DNA from: Elusimicrobiales bacterium
GTDB taxonomy: Bacteria; Elusimicrobiota; Elusimicrobia; Elusimicrobiales; UBA9959
Direction of reading: 5' to 3'
NCBI GenBank assembly: GCA_049972095.1
Contig: JBMFKQ010000014.1
Location: 1-37,461, forward strand
Length of the DNA: 37,461 nt
Shown here: positions 1 to 9,335 of the stretch, one piece after another
Layout of the letters: each line of letters begins with the position of its first letter
How positions within the stretch are numbered: position 1 is the first letter of the stretch
The notes under the pieces: model-generated
The model's input: only the letters and a program-made list of their open reading frames with translations
Databases searched by the model: none
What the model was told of the DNA's origin: nothing
Made by a program: the position numbers and the translations under genes

Positions 1-39
1 CTGAAGTTTTTAGAATTAACTAAAAAGGAAATAATATGA
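1..39 (+). CDS. Possible 3' end of a gene entering from the left edge (…LKFLELTKKEII*)
   Basis: Frame 1 is open from base 1 to TGA at 37-39; too short to identify. Confidence 0.3.
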   Translation: MKFLELTKKEII

Positions 40-218
40 AATAGCATTAAAAAATTTTGCATTAATTGATATCATCTTTTACCTAAATCTCTAAATCATT
101 TAAAGAGTTTTTATCAATTTACACACTTTATTTTACATAACCCGGAAAATAGGTAAATGTTACCTAACTATAACATTGCCCTTTCATACTCCAAAATCCA
201 ACATTTTCTATATATCAT

Positions 219-296
219 CCAAAATTTAAAATCTAAAATCCAAAATTCATAATTCAAAATTTAAAATTTCACGTCTCGCCTTTTCACGTTTCACAT
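219..296 (+). repeat. Degenerate 7-bp tandem array (YYAAAAT x7, then TTCACGT-like units)
   Basis: Units read directly: ccaaaat ttaaaat ctaaaat ccaaaat tcataat tcaaaat ttaaaat ttcacgt ctcgcct (t) ttcacgt ttcacat. Confidence 0.8.
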
Positions 297-351
297 ACTT
301 TTATTTAGTGAGGAAGTATGATATATGATGAAACTGGCAAAATAAATCAAT

Positions 352-780
352 TTACCACTTGATAACCTCCCTTTTCCAGCGAAAGCAAAAAACTTTTCTT
401 TTAAATTCATAAATTATTTTTCCTTAGCATTTTTCCATCAACCGAAGGAAATCTTGATCCAAGATCATCAAGTCTAAAAAAACAAGTTCCTTTATTATAT
501 CCTAGAGCTTTTCTTTAAGAGCATGGTAATCAAGTCTCCTTTTCTCATACTCATAATTCTCAATCGTCTTATTTATCTCATTAACAGGTATTCTGTCATT
601 TTCATTTGAGATAATAGAATAAAAAAATCTCACAGCACAGAGGTTTTACAAGTTTTCTTGTGCAGGCAAATACTATCTGTAGATCAGTATGAAAAGCAAA
701 TATTTCTGATATAGCCTTTGATGAAAAAATAGCTTGATAATGTATATTTTAGAAAGGATTTAAAAAATCTAAGCTCTGTA
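352..780 (-). pseudogene. Decayed C-terminal fragment of a putative ERCC4-domain-family protein with a C-terminal winged-helix-like segment
   Basis: Minus-strand frames give DFLNPF*NIHYQAIFSSKAISEIFAFHTDLQIVFACTRKL, then FYSIISNENDRIPVNEINK, then FRLDDLGSRFPSVDGKMLR, then KIIYEFKRK / AGKGR, separated by a stop and several frameshifts. The family assignment is from recalled similarity only. Confidence 0.5.
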
Positions 781-840
781 TGTTGAAAGCTTGAACCTTG
801 TTCTGTTTTCTAAAATGAGTTTCTGGTCCTGAAAAAAATC

Positions 841-868
841 TGCTTGGATGCTAAATTTTGAATGTTGA
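841..868 (-). repeat. Short 7-bp array of the same family, in opposite orientation
   Basis: Reverse complement reads tcaacat tcaaaat ttagcat ccaagca. Confidence 0.55.
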
Positions 869-886
869 ATTGTATCATTAGAAAGT

Positions 887-1987
887 TTATGGAAAAGATA
901 ACTTTCCAAGAACTACCTTTTTCTTGGCTCCCGTAACTGAAGGGCAGTTTGATGGTATATCTAATAGCCTTGCTGCACCAAGAAGCGCAAAACCAGCTGC
1001 CTCTTTGGCAAGCGGATGAATGCCGTAGTCTGATATGCTTCTAACATCAGTATCATAAAAAGCATCTCTAAGATTAATCATAAGCTTTTTATTAAAAACC
1101 CCACCACCGCAGACAATTATTTCTGATGGTTTTACTTTAATAAATCTTTTAACAGCAAATCTTACACTAACAGCTGTAAAAAAATTTAAGGTAGCAAGTA
1201 TATCCTCTATTCTCTCCCTTTTAAAATCAAAATTTTCTCTAACAAACTTCTCACCAAACTCCTCCCTATCAAGCGATTTAGGTGGTTTTTTTAAAAAAAA
1301 TGGGTTTTTTAAAAACTGCTCAATCTTATTAAAATTAACCAAACCCCTTGATGCAAGAGCTCCATTTTTATCATACCTTCTCCTGCCATTACTATAAATC
1401 CTAACAGCCCAATCCATAAGGCTATTACCAGGACCTACATCAAAACCTATTGTTCTGATATTCCCACCAGTTAATGTTATATTTGAAACACCGCCAATAT
1501 TGAGAAGAACAACAGGCTTTTTTCTATTACCAAACATAAATTCATCCATAAACGCAATCAAAGGTGCTCCCTCGCCATTAAATACCGTATCTGCTCTCCT
1601 AAAATCATAAGCAACAGGAAGATTGAACCTTCTTGATATAAACTCAACCTCACCTATCTGAAGGGTTAGATTTTCTCTTGAGTTATGATAAACAGTCTGT
1701 CCATGGCTTGATATGAGGTCTATTTTTTTTATATTGAAGATTTTAACAAAATTTTCCAACATCTTCGCCCATAGCTTACCAAGATCAAAATCAAGTCTAA
1801 CAATCTCATCTATACTCATACCTCTTGCCTTCATTATCCTTTCCTGAAGTTGTAAGGAATAAGAATAAGTTTTAAAATGAATAACCTCAACCCTTCTTTT
1901 ATTAAAAGATATCCTGCAGTAAGCAACACTAAGCCCATCAGCACTTGTTCCAGACATAAGTCCAATAACATAAAGATCTCTTCTCAT
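887..1987 (-). CDS. anmK: Anhydro-N-acetylmuramic acid kinase
   Basis: GLMSGTSADG, SHGQT, GEGAPL, LNIGGVSNIT, FDVGPGN, CGGG and KEAAGFA motifs; 366 aa. Confidence 0.95.
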   Translation of the reverse strand: MRRDLYVIGLMSGTSADGLSVAYCRISFNKRRVEVIHFKTYSYSLQLQERIMKARGMSIDEIVRLDFDLGKLWAKMLENFVKIFNIKKIDLISSHGQTVYHNSRENLTLQIGEVEFISRRFNLPVAYDFRRADTVFNGEGAPLIAFMDEFMFGNRKKPVVLLNIGGVSNITLTGGNIRTIGFDVGPGNSLMDWAVRIYSNGRRRYDKNGALASRGLVNFNKIEQFLKNPFFLKKPPKSLDREEFGEKFVRENFDFKRERIEDILATLNFFTAVSVRFAVKRFIKVKPSEIIVCGGGVFNKKLMINLRDAFYDTDVRSISDYGIHPLAKEAAGFALLGAARLLDIPSNCPSVTGAKKKVVLGKLSFP

Positions 1988-2037
1988 ATACTCTACTTAA
2001 TCTAAAATCCTCCACTTTAAGTTCTTCTTTTCATAGA

Positions 2038-3018
2038 CTAACTCATAATCTTCTCAACACAACATTGTCTACATATATCTGGGGCTGTGAATGAAAAATG
2101 TTCAATCTTTCTTATTCTTTTCTCATTCTCTATAAACGCATCCTTCAATGAAGTTTTTTTTATATTTCCTATATCAAAATTAACAAGCATTGGGCATGGC
2201 AGTATTCTCCCAGATGGCGTTATCACAGCACTTTTGAAAAGAAACTGACACAGCGGATTTGAGCCTTCTAAAATCTTTTCTGCTTTAATCCTTCCGCCAT
2301 GGATCATTTTAAGTCTTCTTACTTTATCTCTTATTAAAGGAATCTCATCACAATGAAGAGAAACATCCACTGAATACGAATGATGATTTACAAAAACTCC
2401 GCCAAGCATCTGGTTTGTCTTATTAATGACATCTTTGCTTAGCGAGCTTGCAAGCTGGATTCTTAATAATGAAGGATTTAGTTTCATCAGCTTCATAACA
2501 TCTTTATCAAAATCTTTAAAGTTATATCTTGAAAGAGTCATATATATCATTATAGAGGGCTTTTTCCTATTATATCTTCTTTTAATCTCACAAAGATTTT
2601 TTATATTTCTCTCAACAATATCATAAACACCTTCTCCCCTCAATATGTCATGATTCTTTCTATAACCATCAATAGAAAATATTAACTCATCAAACGCCTC
2701 AAACCTCACACAATCTTCTGCCAGACTCCCGCAAAAAACAGTTCCATTCGTAACGGCAGATGTTTTAACAGCAAGCTTCTTTGCAAAAAGTCCAGCCTCA
2801 AGAATATAATCCTTAATAAATGGCTCTCCGCCTATAAAACTAATATGTTTAATACCATCTGCTGATAATTTAATAAGCATCTCTCTCATATCCGTTATAG
2901 AGATAACTTCTTCTTCATTTCTTAATTTTCTATAATTATTATGCCACAGACAGCATGTCAGACATCTAAGATTGCAGGTATATTCGCTCTCAATTATTAC
3001 TCTTTTTGGGTATGTCAT
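2038..3018 (-). CDS. Radical SAM protein with a C-terminal SPASM/Twitch domain
   Basis: CNLRCLTC (CX3CX2C), GGEPF, TNG and SIDG motifs; C-terminal C…ITPSGRILPC…GNI…CRQC. Confidence 0.9.
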   Translation of the reverse strand: MTYPKRVIIESEYTCNLRCLTCCLWHNNYRKLRNEEEVISITDMREMLIKLSADGIKHISFIGGEPFIKDYILEAGLFAKKLAVKTSAVTNGTVFCGSLAEDCVRFEAFDELIFSIDGYRKNHDILRGEGVYDIVERNIKNLCEIKRRYNRKKPSIMIYMTLSRYNFKDFDKDVMKLMKLNPSLLRIQLASSLSKDVINKTNQMLGGVFVNHHSYSVDVSLHCDEIPLIRDKVRRLKMIHGGRIKAEKILEGSNPLCQFLFKSAVITPSGRILPCPMLVNFDIGNIKKTSLKDAFIENEKRIRKIEHFSFTAPDICRQCCVEKIMS

Positions 3019-4085
3019 ATAATATTAGAATAACATATTTTGGAAACATAAGAAGCATATCAAGCTGGTCAAAGGTAAGCAGGGAATTACTCAATGCTCT
3101 TATAAATAAAAATATCTCAATATCAATAATTGAAACCAGAGGGTTTCTTTATGATAAAGAATTTGATATTGGAGATCTTGAAAAACATATCTCAAGAGAA
3201 ATTGGAGATATTCTCATTACATTTGAACATCCATCAAAATATCCTTTTCTGCCGCCTGCTACAAAAAAGATAGGATTTCTTGTCTATGAATTTACTACAC
3301 TTCCATACCTATGGGTTAAAAATATAAACAACTATCTCGATCTTATTCTTGTGCCTTCAAGATTTACATACGATGTATTTGTTAAATCTGGAGTTGATAT
3401 TAAAAAAGTAAAAATCCTTCCATACGGATATAACCCAAAATATTATTATCCGCTGCATATAGAAAACAAAAGAAAAATAAGAAAATTTTTAACAATCTCA
3501 TCCCCTCACAGAAGAGAGGCTTTAGATATTCTCCTTGAGTGTTTTTATGAAGCGTTTAAAGATGTAGATGATGCACAGCTTACAGTAAAACTATTATACC
3601 TTCCTTTTAAAAAAACTAAATCATTTGAAATACCTAATTTTAACAACCTTCTAAAGTCTTTTTCATCAAGGTTAAAAAACAAGCTTAAAATAATATCAGA
3701 CAGACTGATAGAAAAAGAGATGGGAGAACTTTATAGAGAGCATGATGCCTATATATCACTTTCAAAGGCTGAGTCATTTGGACTTCCATTTTTAGAGGCT
3801 ATCGCCTGCTCATTACCTGTTATATCCATTAAATACAGTGGTCAGATTGATTTTCTATCAGATGAAAACGCAATCTTTATATCACATACACTAAAACCTT
3901 CAGACAATGATGTTTATGAAAAAACAAAAGAAACTCAATATGCTGGATATGCTGATAAAGATGACTGCATATCAAAACTCAAAGATATATATCAAAATGG
4001 CTTTAACTCTGAGATAAAACCACCTTCCCAAAGCACATGGGACGATATTGCAGATATCTTCATAGAAATAATTAAAAAACTCTAA
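3012..4085 (+). CDS. Glycosyltransferase, GT-B fold (family 4-like)
   Basis: YEFTTLP…W, VPSRF, and ESFGLPFLEAIACSLPVI (EX7E motif). ATG at 3012 preferred over TTG at 3006. Confidence 0.88.
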   Translation: MSYNIRITYFGNIRSISSWSKVSRELLNALINKNISISIIETRGFLYDKEFDIGDLEKHISREIGDILITFEHPSKYPFLPPATKKIGFLVYEFTTLPYLWVKNINNYLDLILVPSRFTYDVFVKSGVDIKKVKILPYGYNPKYYYPLHIENKRKIRKFLTISSPHRREALDILLECFYEAFKDVDDAQLTVKLLYLPFKKTKSFEIPNFNNLLKSFSSRLKNKLKIISDRLIEKEMGELYREHDAYISLSKAESFGLPFLEAIACSLPVISIKYSGQIDFLSDENAIFISHTLKPSDNDVYEKTKETQYAGYADKDDCISKLKDIYQNGFNSEIKPPSQSTWDDIADIFIEIIKKL

Positions 4086-4112
4086 CTCCTTAGTATAGTT
4101 AGTCTCCTTAAT

Positions 4113-4161
4113 CCAAAATTCAAATTTTACATCTCACTTTTCACCTCTTATGTTTCACTTC
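4113..4161 (+). repeat. Degenerate 7-bp array between convergent genes
   Basis: ccaaaat tcaaatt ttacatc tcacttt tcacctc ttatgtt tcacttc; same two unit types and same order as 219-296. Confidence 0.6.
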
Positions 4162-4185
4162 CTGTTTTAACTGGAAACTATGATA

Positions 4186-5019
4186 TTACATTATCTGCCA
4201 TACCCTTATAAAACCATCATCATAGCCGCAAAAAAGCTTTTCACCAAAAAACTCCATATCATAAATCTCTGCTTCATAATAGTCATTTTTCGCTATCTCA
4301 TTCATATTCTTATCAAACACATATATAACATTTGATACAGCACAAAAAATATAATCCTTTATAAATTTTATATCATTAATCCATGATGGCATCTTATAGA
4401 CATTTACTATTTTAAAATCACCATCTCTAATCTCAAGTTTTTTTTCCATTGATCTGGAGATAAATATCAGCTCTTTATATGGATATATTCCATCAACTCC
4501 ATAAAGATAATCATCATCAAAACTCATATACTCATTTAGATCTTCATCAGCTATAACAAGTTTTGAGCCCCCTGCAAGAATAAATCTTTTATAATAAGAT
4601 ACTGCTTCAACATCCCCTATCTTAAAATTCTTCTCTTTGAACGATGATGAACCACGTCTGTATATTCTAACCAAGCCATCATCACTAGCTGTTACAAATG
4701 AAAGATCATCAATAAAATCAATATCATTCACTCTTGTAGCATGTGGTTTATAATCTCTAATAAAGTTGAGTTGTATGTCAAACTCCTTTATATCTCCATC
4801 CTCTGATGAGGTGAGGAAGCTTTTTAAATCTGGAAAAAACTTCAAAATCCTTACATCCTTATCATGAGCTTTTATCTCAGCAAGAAGTGAGAAATTTAGA
4901 GAATTCCATTTTCTTACATAATCATCCTTAGCGCAGGTAAACAGAAAATTTTCACAAAAAGCCATATCAACTATCCCATCATTAGCTGCTTTAAATTCAT
5001 AAACCTTATTAAATCTCAT
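4186..5019 (-). CDS. WD40-repeat (beta-propeller) protein
   Basis: Repeats AH…V…F…TSSEDGDIKEFD, PH…VND…TASDDGLVRIY and GYDDGFIRVW; SD GGAGGTGG upstream. Confidence 0.85.
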   Translation of the reverse strand: MRFNKVYEFKAANDGIVDMAFCENFLFTCAKDDYVRKWNSLNFSLLAEIKAHDKDVRILKFFPDLKSFLTSSEDGDIKEFDIQLNFIRDYKPHATRVNDIDFIDDLSFVTASDDGLVRIYRRGSSSFKEKNFKIGDVEAVSYYKRFILAGGSKLVIADEDLNEYMSFDDDYLYGVDGIYPYKELIFISRSMEKKLEIRDGDFKIVNVYKMPSWINDIKFIKDYIFCAVSNVIYVFDKNMNEIAKNDYYEAEIYDMEFFGEKLFCGYDDGFIRVWQIM

Positions 5020-5020
5020 A

Positions 5021-5055
5021 CCACCTCCTTCAAAATATTAACAACTAAAATTATA
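5021..5055 (-). promoter_or_regulatory. Putative -10 (TATAAT, 5050-5055) and SD (AAGGAGGTGG) for the WD40 gene
   Basis: Minus strand reads TATAATTTTAG…GAAGGAGGTGGTATG. Confidence 0.55.
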
Positions 5056-5059
5056 TATT

Positions 5060-5860
5060 TTAAAGAGAGGCTGAGACAAAAATATCTGCACAAAAAAGCT
5101 CCTTCCAGCCAATTATCTTTGAGATAGCTCTAATCAGATTCATAAACCTATCATCTGATGTGAAATAATATGCATAATAAGGATTCTTCCATAAGGAGAT
5201 ATCAATCTTTTTAAAACCGCATTCTTTTAATGCCTTTTTAAACATTGACGAACTCCATTCCGTTATGTGATATGGAGGTTTAAGAGTTAGTGGAAGAAGT
5301 TCCTTAAGTTTGTTATTGAATCTGTAGCCCATAAAATAAGCCACTACTTTATAGATCTCAAGTCCATAGTTTAAAAATATCTTACCAGGAGATGTGTGTA
5401 TAAAAAGATTACCCCCTCTTTTGATAATCTTGCTACATTGCCTAAAAATAGATAGCGAACTATTATAATCCATATGCTCAACAACATCTATCATAAGAGC
5501 TGCATCAAAAAAACCATCATCAAAATCAAGCATTAAAGCATTTTTTAAAACTATATTCATATTAAGCCTACCATTTTTAATCTCCCACCTTCTTTTAATC
5601 TCATCTGCTATATCAATAGCGTGCTTTGAAAAATCAACCGCCCATACCTCACATCCATAGATTGCAAGATTCAAAGCAAGCTCACCCCTTCCACACCCAA
5701 TATCAATAATTTTTCTAGCTCCACTTTCAAGAACCTTTCTGAAAATCCTTTTTTGTCTTTTTGAAAGATGAAAACCTCCACTTGATTTAAATGTCCTAAA
5801 TCCATCACATTCATTTAAAAAATAATCTCTGGTGTATATCTGCTCAAGTTCCATAAGCAT
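5060..5860 (-). CDS. Class I SAM-dependent methyltransferase
   Basis: IIDIGCGRG motif I, VDFS, FDAALMIDVVEHM; start is ATG 5860 or 5854. Confidence 0.88.
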   Translation of the reverse strand: MLMELEQIYTRDYFLNECDGFRTFKSSGGFHLSKRQKRIFRKVLESGARKIIDIGCGRGELALNLAIYGCEVWAVDFSKHAIDIADEIKRRWEIKNGRLNMNIVLKNALMLDFDDGFFDAALMIDVVEHMDYNSSLSIFRQCSKIIKRGGNLFIHTSPGKIFLNYGLEIYKVVAYFMGYRFNNKLKELLPLTLKPPYHITEWSSSMFKKALKECGFKKIDISLWKNPYYAYYFTSDDRFMNLIRAISKIIGWKELFCADIFVSASL

Positions 5861-5877
5861 CACCAATCAAACACAAA

Positions 5878-6291
5878 CTATATTTTATTCTTTTCATACC
5901 TTGCCGTTATAACTGATTTTATTCCCCCTCTTGGTGTAAAATCACCTATAACGGTTGCTGATCTTGGTTTTACATATTTAACTATATCCTCAAGTATCTT
6001 ATTTACAGCGTTTTCCATAAATATACCAAGATTTCTATAAGCAAGAAAATAATACTTAAGCGATTTTAACTCAAGGCAGTATTTATCAGGGATGTATTCT
6101 ATTGTTATGGTTCCAAGATCGGGAAGCCCTGTTTTTGGACATAGCGATGTAAACTCTGGATAGATTATCTTTACAACATAATCACTACCAGGATATTGAT
6201 TCTCCAAGACATCTATTGGTGGGAACCTTTTTTGTCTGAAAGATTTTGCATGCTTATCAGTGTATCCAAATGATGTTTTATTCATTGCCAT
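5878..6291 (-). CDS. queF: NADPH-dependent 7-cyano-7-deazaguanine reductase (preQ1 synthase), type I
   Basis: EFTSLCPKTGLPD, QueF motif ELKSLKYY, FTPRGGI; ATG 6291 follows SD GGGAGG. Confidence 0.95.
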   Translation of the reverse strand: MAMNKTSFGYTDKHAKSFRQKRFPPIDVLENQYPGSDYVVKIIYPEFTSLCPKTGLPDLGTITIEYIPDKYCLELKSLKYYFLAYRNLGIFMENAVNKILEDIVKYVKPRSATVIGDFTPRGGIKSVITARYEKNKI

Positions 6292-6302
6292 AATGCCTCC
6301 CC

Positions 6303-6992
6303 TTATATTCTTTTTATCCATTTATCAGATAGATACTTTTCATTAGCCTTTTCTTCAATCCTTTTTATATACTCATCTCTGAGTTCATATTTTTCAAACC
6401 TGACTTGAAATAGATTTTCAAATGCCTCTGTTATCAATTTAGTGTGAAGTAATGAAGATCTTGCATTTTCAAACTGAAGAGATGCCTGATAAAGCATATA
6501 ATCTGAAAACCTTCTTAATGCACCTCCAAGCACTTTTTTATCTTCCACCATCAGATCCATATTCACAGGCTTTTTAAAACACTCCATAACAGGTTCATTA
6601 ATCTCATATGAGGGTTTTTTTGATGCGGCAATCTTTAGGAAAAATCCATTTTTTGTATATTCATGATATATAGCAGAATGAAGCATATTATAGGTTTTTT
6701 CGGGATTGAACTCACCAGGACTATAAAATATCAGTGAAAATGTTAAATCATCTTCGTGAATAACAATCCCCCCGCCAGTTGGTCTTCTTGTCATTTTATA
6801 GTTTTTTTTGTCCTCAGCCAGTGTTGATAAAACCTTTGAGTATCTCTGAGAAAAACCAAATGTTATGCCATTATCCTTCCATCTATAAAATCTAAGGATA
6901 CACTCAGCCGGCATTGTCTCACACATAATCTCATCACATGACATCTGTTCATAAACATCAAAAGAAGGGGTATCTACAACAATACCTCTCAT
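6303..6992 (-). CDS. Lipoate-protein ligase A family, LipM-like octanoyltransferase
   Basis: LRFYRW, RRPTGGGIVIH, a CF motif (MECFKKP) and KKVLGGA; no C-terminal LplA accessory domain. Confidence 0.85.
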   Translation of the reverse strand: MRGIVVDTPSFDVYEQMSCDEIMCETMPAECILRFYRWKDNGITFGFSQRYSKVLSTLAEDKKNYKMTRRPTGGGIVIHEDDLTFSLIFYSPGEFNPEKTYNMLHSAIYHEYTKNGFFLKIAASKKPSYEINEPVMECFKKPVNMDLMVEDKKVLGGALRRFSDYMLYQASLQFENARSSLLHTKLITEAFENLFQVRFEKYELRDEYIKRIEEKANEKYLSDKWIKRI

Positions 6993-7606
6993 ATATTCTT
7001 CTCACACCACTTTTCTATAACACACCTCTCACACATAGGCTTTTTTGCTATACAAACATATCTTCCATGAAGCACAAGTGCATTTGAAACATAAGCCCAG
7101 TCCTTCTTGTCAAAAATTCTCATTAAATCCTCCTCAATTTTTTTGACATCATTTGACTTACTCCATCCAGTTCTATTAGATAGTCTTTTAACATGAGTAT
7201 CAACTACAATACCACAAGCCTTTCCAAAACCATTTGAAAGAACCACATTTGCGGTTTTTCTTGAAACACCTTTAAGGCTCAAAAGATCATTCATATCATC
7301 AGGAACCCTACCATTAAATCTCTCAACAAGTATCTTTGAAGTTTCAATTATGTATTTTGCCTTTTGATGATAAAAACCTGTTGGTTTGATTATCCCCTCA
7401 ACATCCTTTATATCAGCCTTTGCAAGAGAAAAGGCATCAGGATAGTTTTTAAAAAGCTCTTTAGAAACTGCATTAACAGTCTTATCAGTGGTTTGAGCAG
7501 AGAGAATTGTTGCAATAAGAAGCTCAAATACATTAGTGTGTTTTAGCTCAGTTTTCGCTTTAGGATATTTCTTTTTTAAAGCCCTAACTATCTCATAAGA
7601 TTTCAT
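6989..7606 (-). CDS. nth: Endonuclease III
   Basis: ILSAQTTD, HhH LKGVSRKTANVV, VVDTHVKR, FeS motif C-X6-C-X2-C-X5-C; ATG 7606 follows SD AAGGAGGTGA. Confidence 0.95.
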   Translation of the reverse strand: MKSYEIVRALKKKYPKAKTELKHTNVFELLIATILSAQTTDKTVNAVSKELFKNYPDAFSLAKADIKDVEGIIKPTGFYHQKAKYIIETSKILVERFNGRVPDDMNDLLSLKGVSRKTANVVLSNGFGKACGIVVDTHVKRLSNRTGWSKSNDVKKIEEDLMRIFDKKDWAYVSNALVLHGRYVCIAKKPMCERCVIEKWCEKNI

Positions 7607-7610
7607 AAAA

Positions 7611-9335
7611 TCACCTCCTTTCCATTCCGTAATAATAAACACCCATTATAACAGGATTATCAATAAAGCCCTCTATATTCTCCCTCACAGCCATTATCCC
7701 ATAAGGATGTACTGTGTATATCTGATAGATATTTTCAAAAGCATAATTTATAATAGACTCATAGAGTCTTTTTCTTTTATTTATATCATTTTCTCTTACA
7801 GCATTCTCTATCATCTTATCAAGCTTAAGGTCTTTAAATCCTTGTGCTTGAGGATATCTTCCCATAGAATGATAAAATGCAAAAACAAAATTATGCGGAT
7901 CAGCATAATCCCCCACCCATCCCCTTGTGAAAAGTGGCATCCTTCTATTCTGTGACTTTTCAAGATAAAGTGCCCAATCTATGCCTCTTATATCAATTCT
8001 AAACTTTGGATTTATTGACTCAATCTCTTTTTTGAGTATCTCGCAGGCAAGCTGTCTTATATCACTTCCAGTGTTATATGTAAGTGTAAATTTAAAGCCT
8101 TTCTCCCAGAGCTTTCCATTAAATGCTTTTTTAAAATATTTTTCAGCCTCAGTTCTGCTGTATTCATATTTTTTTATCTTATCAAACATCATAACGGAAG
8201 GCGGAACAGGGTTATATGCCCTTTCAGCTTTGTTCTTCAGGCTTTGCTTAAGAAAAAGGTCATAATTAAACGCATAAGCAAAAGCCTTTCTGACATTTTC
8301 ATCCTTAAAAAAATCAGGTGGAATCCCCTCTCCATCAAGCCTACCACTACCTATATCAGGATTTGCAGTAGGATTTATATCAAATGTAAAGAAAAAGACG
8401 GGATCCGTTGAAAGCCTTTTTAGGTTTGGGTAAAGTCTTACACCTTTGACATTCTCAAGCTGTGATTCATATATTCTTGGCACCTCAATTATATCAGCAT
8501 CTCCTTTTTCAATCATCAGTTTTCTTGTAGAAAACTCACTTACTGTTTTTTGAACAACCATATCAATCTTAGCCTTTCCACGCCAGTATCCATCAAATGA
8601 TTTAAGTATTATTTGTTTCTTTGCTCTATCCCAGCTAACTACAGAGAAAGGACCGCTACCGCATTCAGAATCTAAAATTCTTGATCTCTCTCTTCCGCCT
8701 CCACTAAACTCCTTTATTGTTTCATACCTTCCATCCCATTCACCTGCCTTAATTGCCCATCTGCTATTCATAACATAAGACCATCTTGCTATTATTGAAA
8801 GAAATGGAGCAAAAGGTCTTTTAAGGGTTATAACAACACTATTTTTTTCAACCTTAACAGCCTTTTCAAAATCAGTCTTGTCTATTTTAAGATTACCATT
8901 CTCATCCTTAACACTTGTTATACCAAAAATAGGCTCAAGCAGAAGCGCTGATGGACCGCCAGGCATATCTGTTATCATAAACCTCAAAAGTGAGTACTTA
9001 ACATCCTCAGGTTCAAGTTCATCACCGTTGTGAAACTTAATACCCTTCCTTATCGGAAATATATATCTTTTTCCATCTAAAGATATAAGCCCATTTTCTT
9101 TTGAAGGGACTTTTTCAGATATAAGAGGTATAAAAGAGTCAAGTTTATCACCATCAAAACCTATAAGCGTCTCATATACATTTATAAGGGTCCCATGTGT
9201 TATTGCATCGTAGGAATAAGCAGGATCAAGGGATGTTATCTCTCCAGTGTGGGCAAAGTATATTATCTTGCTTTTATCAGGATTAAAGCATCCTGTTAAA
9301 AAAGAGATAACTAAAAGAAAATAAATCTTTCTCAT
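7611..9335 (-). CDS. ABC transporter substrate-binding lipoprotein, family 5 (peptide/nickel)
   Basis: Lipobox LTGC, SLDPA…VYETL, KFHNG…DVKYS, GSGPF, GWVGDYADP. Confidence 0.92.
   Translation of the reverse strand: MRKIYFLLVISFLTGCFNPDKSKIIYFAHTGEITSLDPAYSYDAITHGTLINVYETLIGFDGDKLDSFIPLISEKVPSKENGLISLDGKRYIFPIRKGIKFHNGDELEPEDVKYSLLRFMITDMPGGPSALLLEPIFGITSVKDENGNLKIDKTDFEKAVKVEKNSVVITLKRPFAPFLSIIARWSYVMNSRWAIKAGEWDGRYETIKEFSGGGRERSRILDSECGSGPFSVVSWDRAKKQIILKSFDGYWRGKAKIDMVVQKTVSEFSTRKLMIEKGDADIIEVPRIYESQLENVKGVRLYPNLKRLSTDPVFFFTFDINPTANPDIGSGRLDGEGIPPDFFKDENVRKAFAYAFNYDLFLKQSLKNKAERAYNPVPPSVMMFDKIKKYEYSRTEAEKYFKKAFNGKLWEKGFKFTLTYNTGSDIRQLACEILKKEIESINPKFRIDIRGIDWALYLEKSQNRRMPLFTRGWVGDYADPHNFVFAFYHSMGRYPQAQGFKDLKLDKMIENAVRENDINKRKRLYESIINYAFENIYQIYTVHPYGIMAVRENIEGFIDNPVIMGVYYYGMERR

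Noticed and set aside
219..296. CRISPR-like array
   Set aside because: Units are 7 bp and tandem, with no spacers and no cas genes.
1283..1316. T/A homopolymer runs in anmK as a phase-variation site
   Set aside because: The frame is intact (FLKNPFFLKKPP) and such runs are common throughout this AT-rich window.
6291..6330. preQ1 riboswitch upstream of queF
   Set aside because: Only 11 nt separate queF from the upstream gene; no aptamer-like structure is visible.
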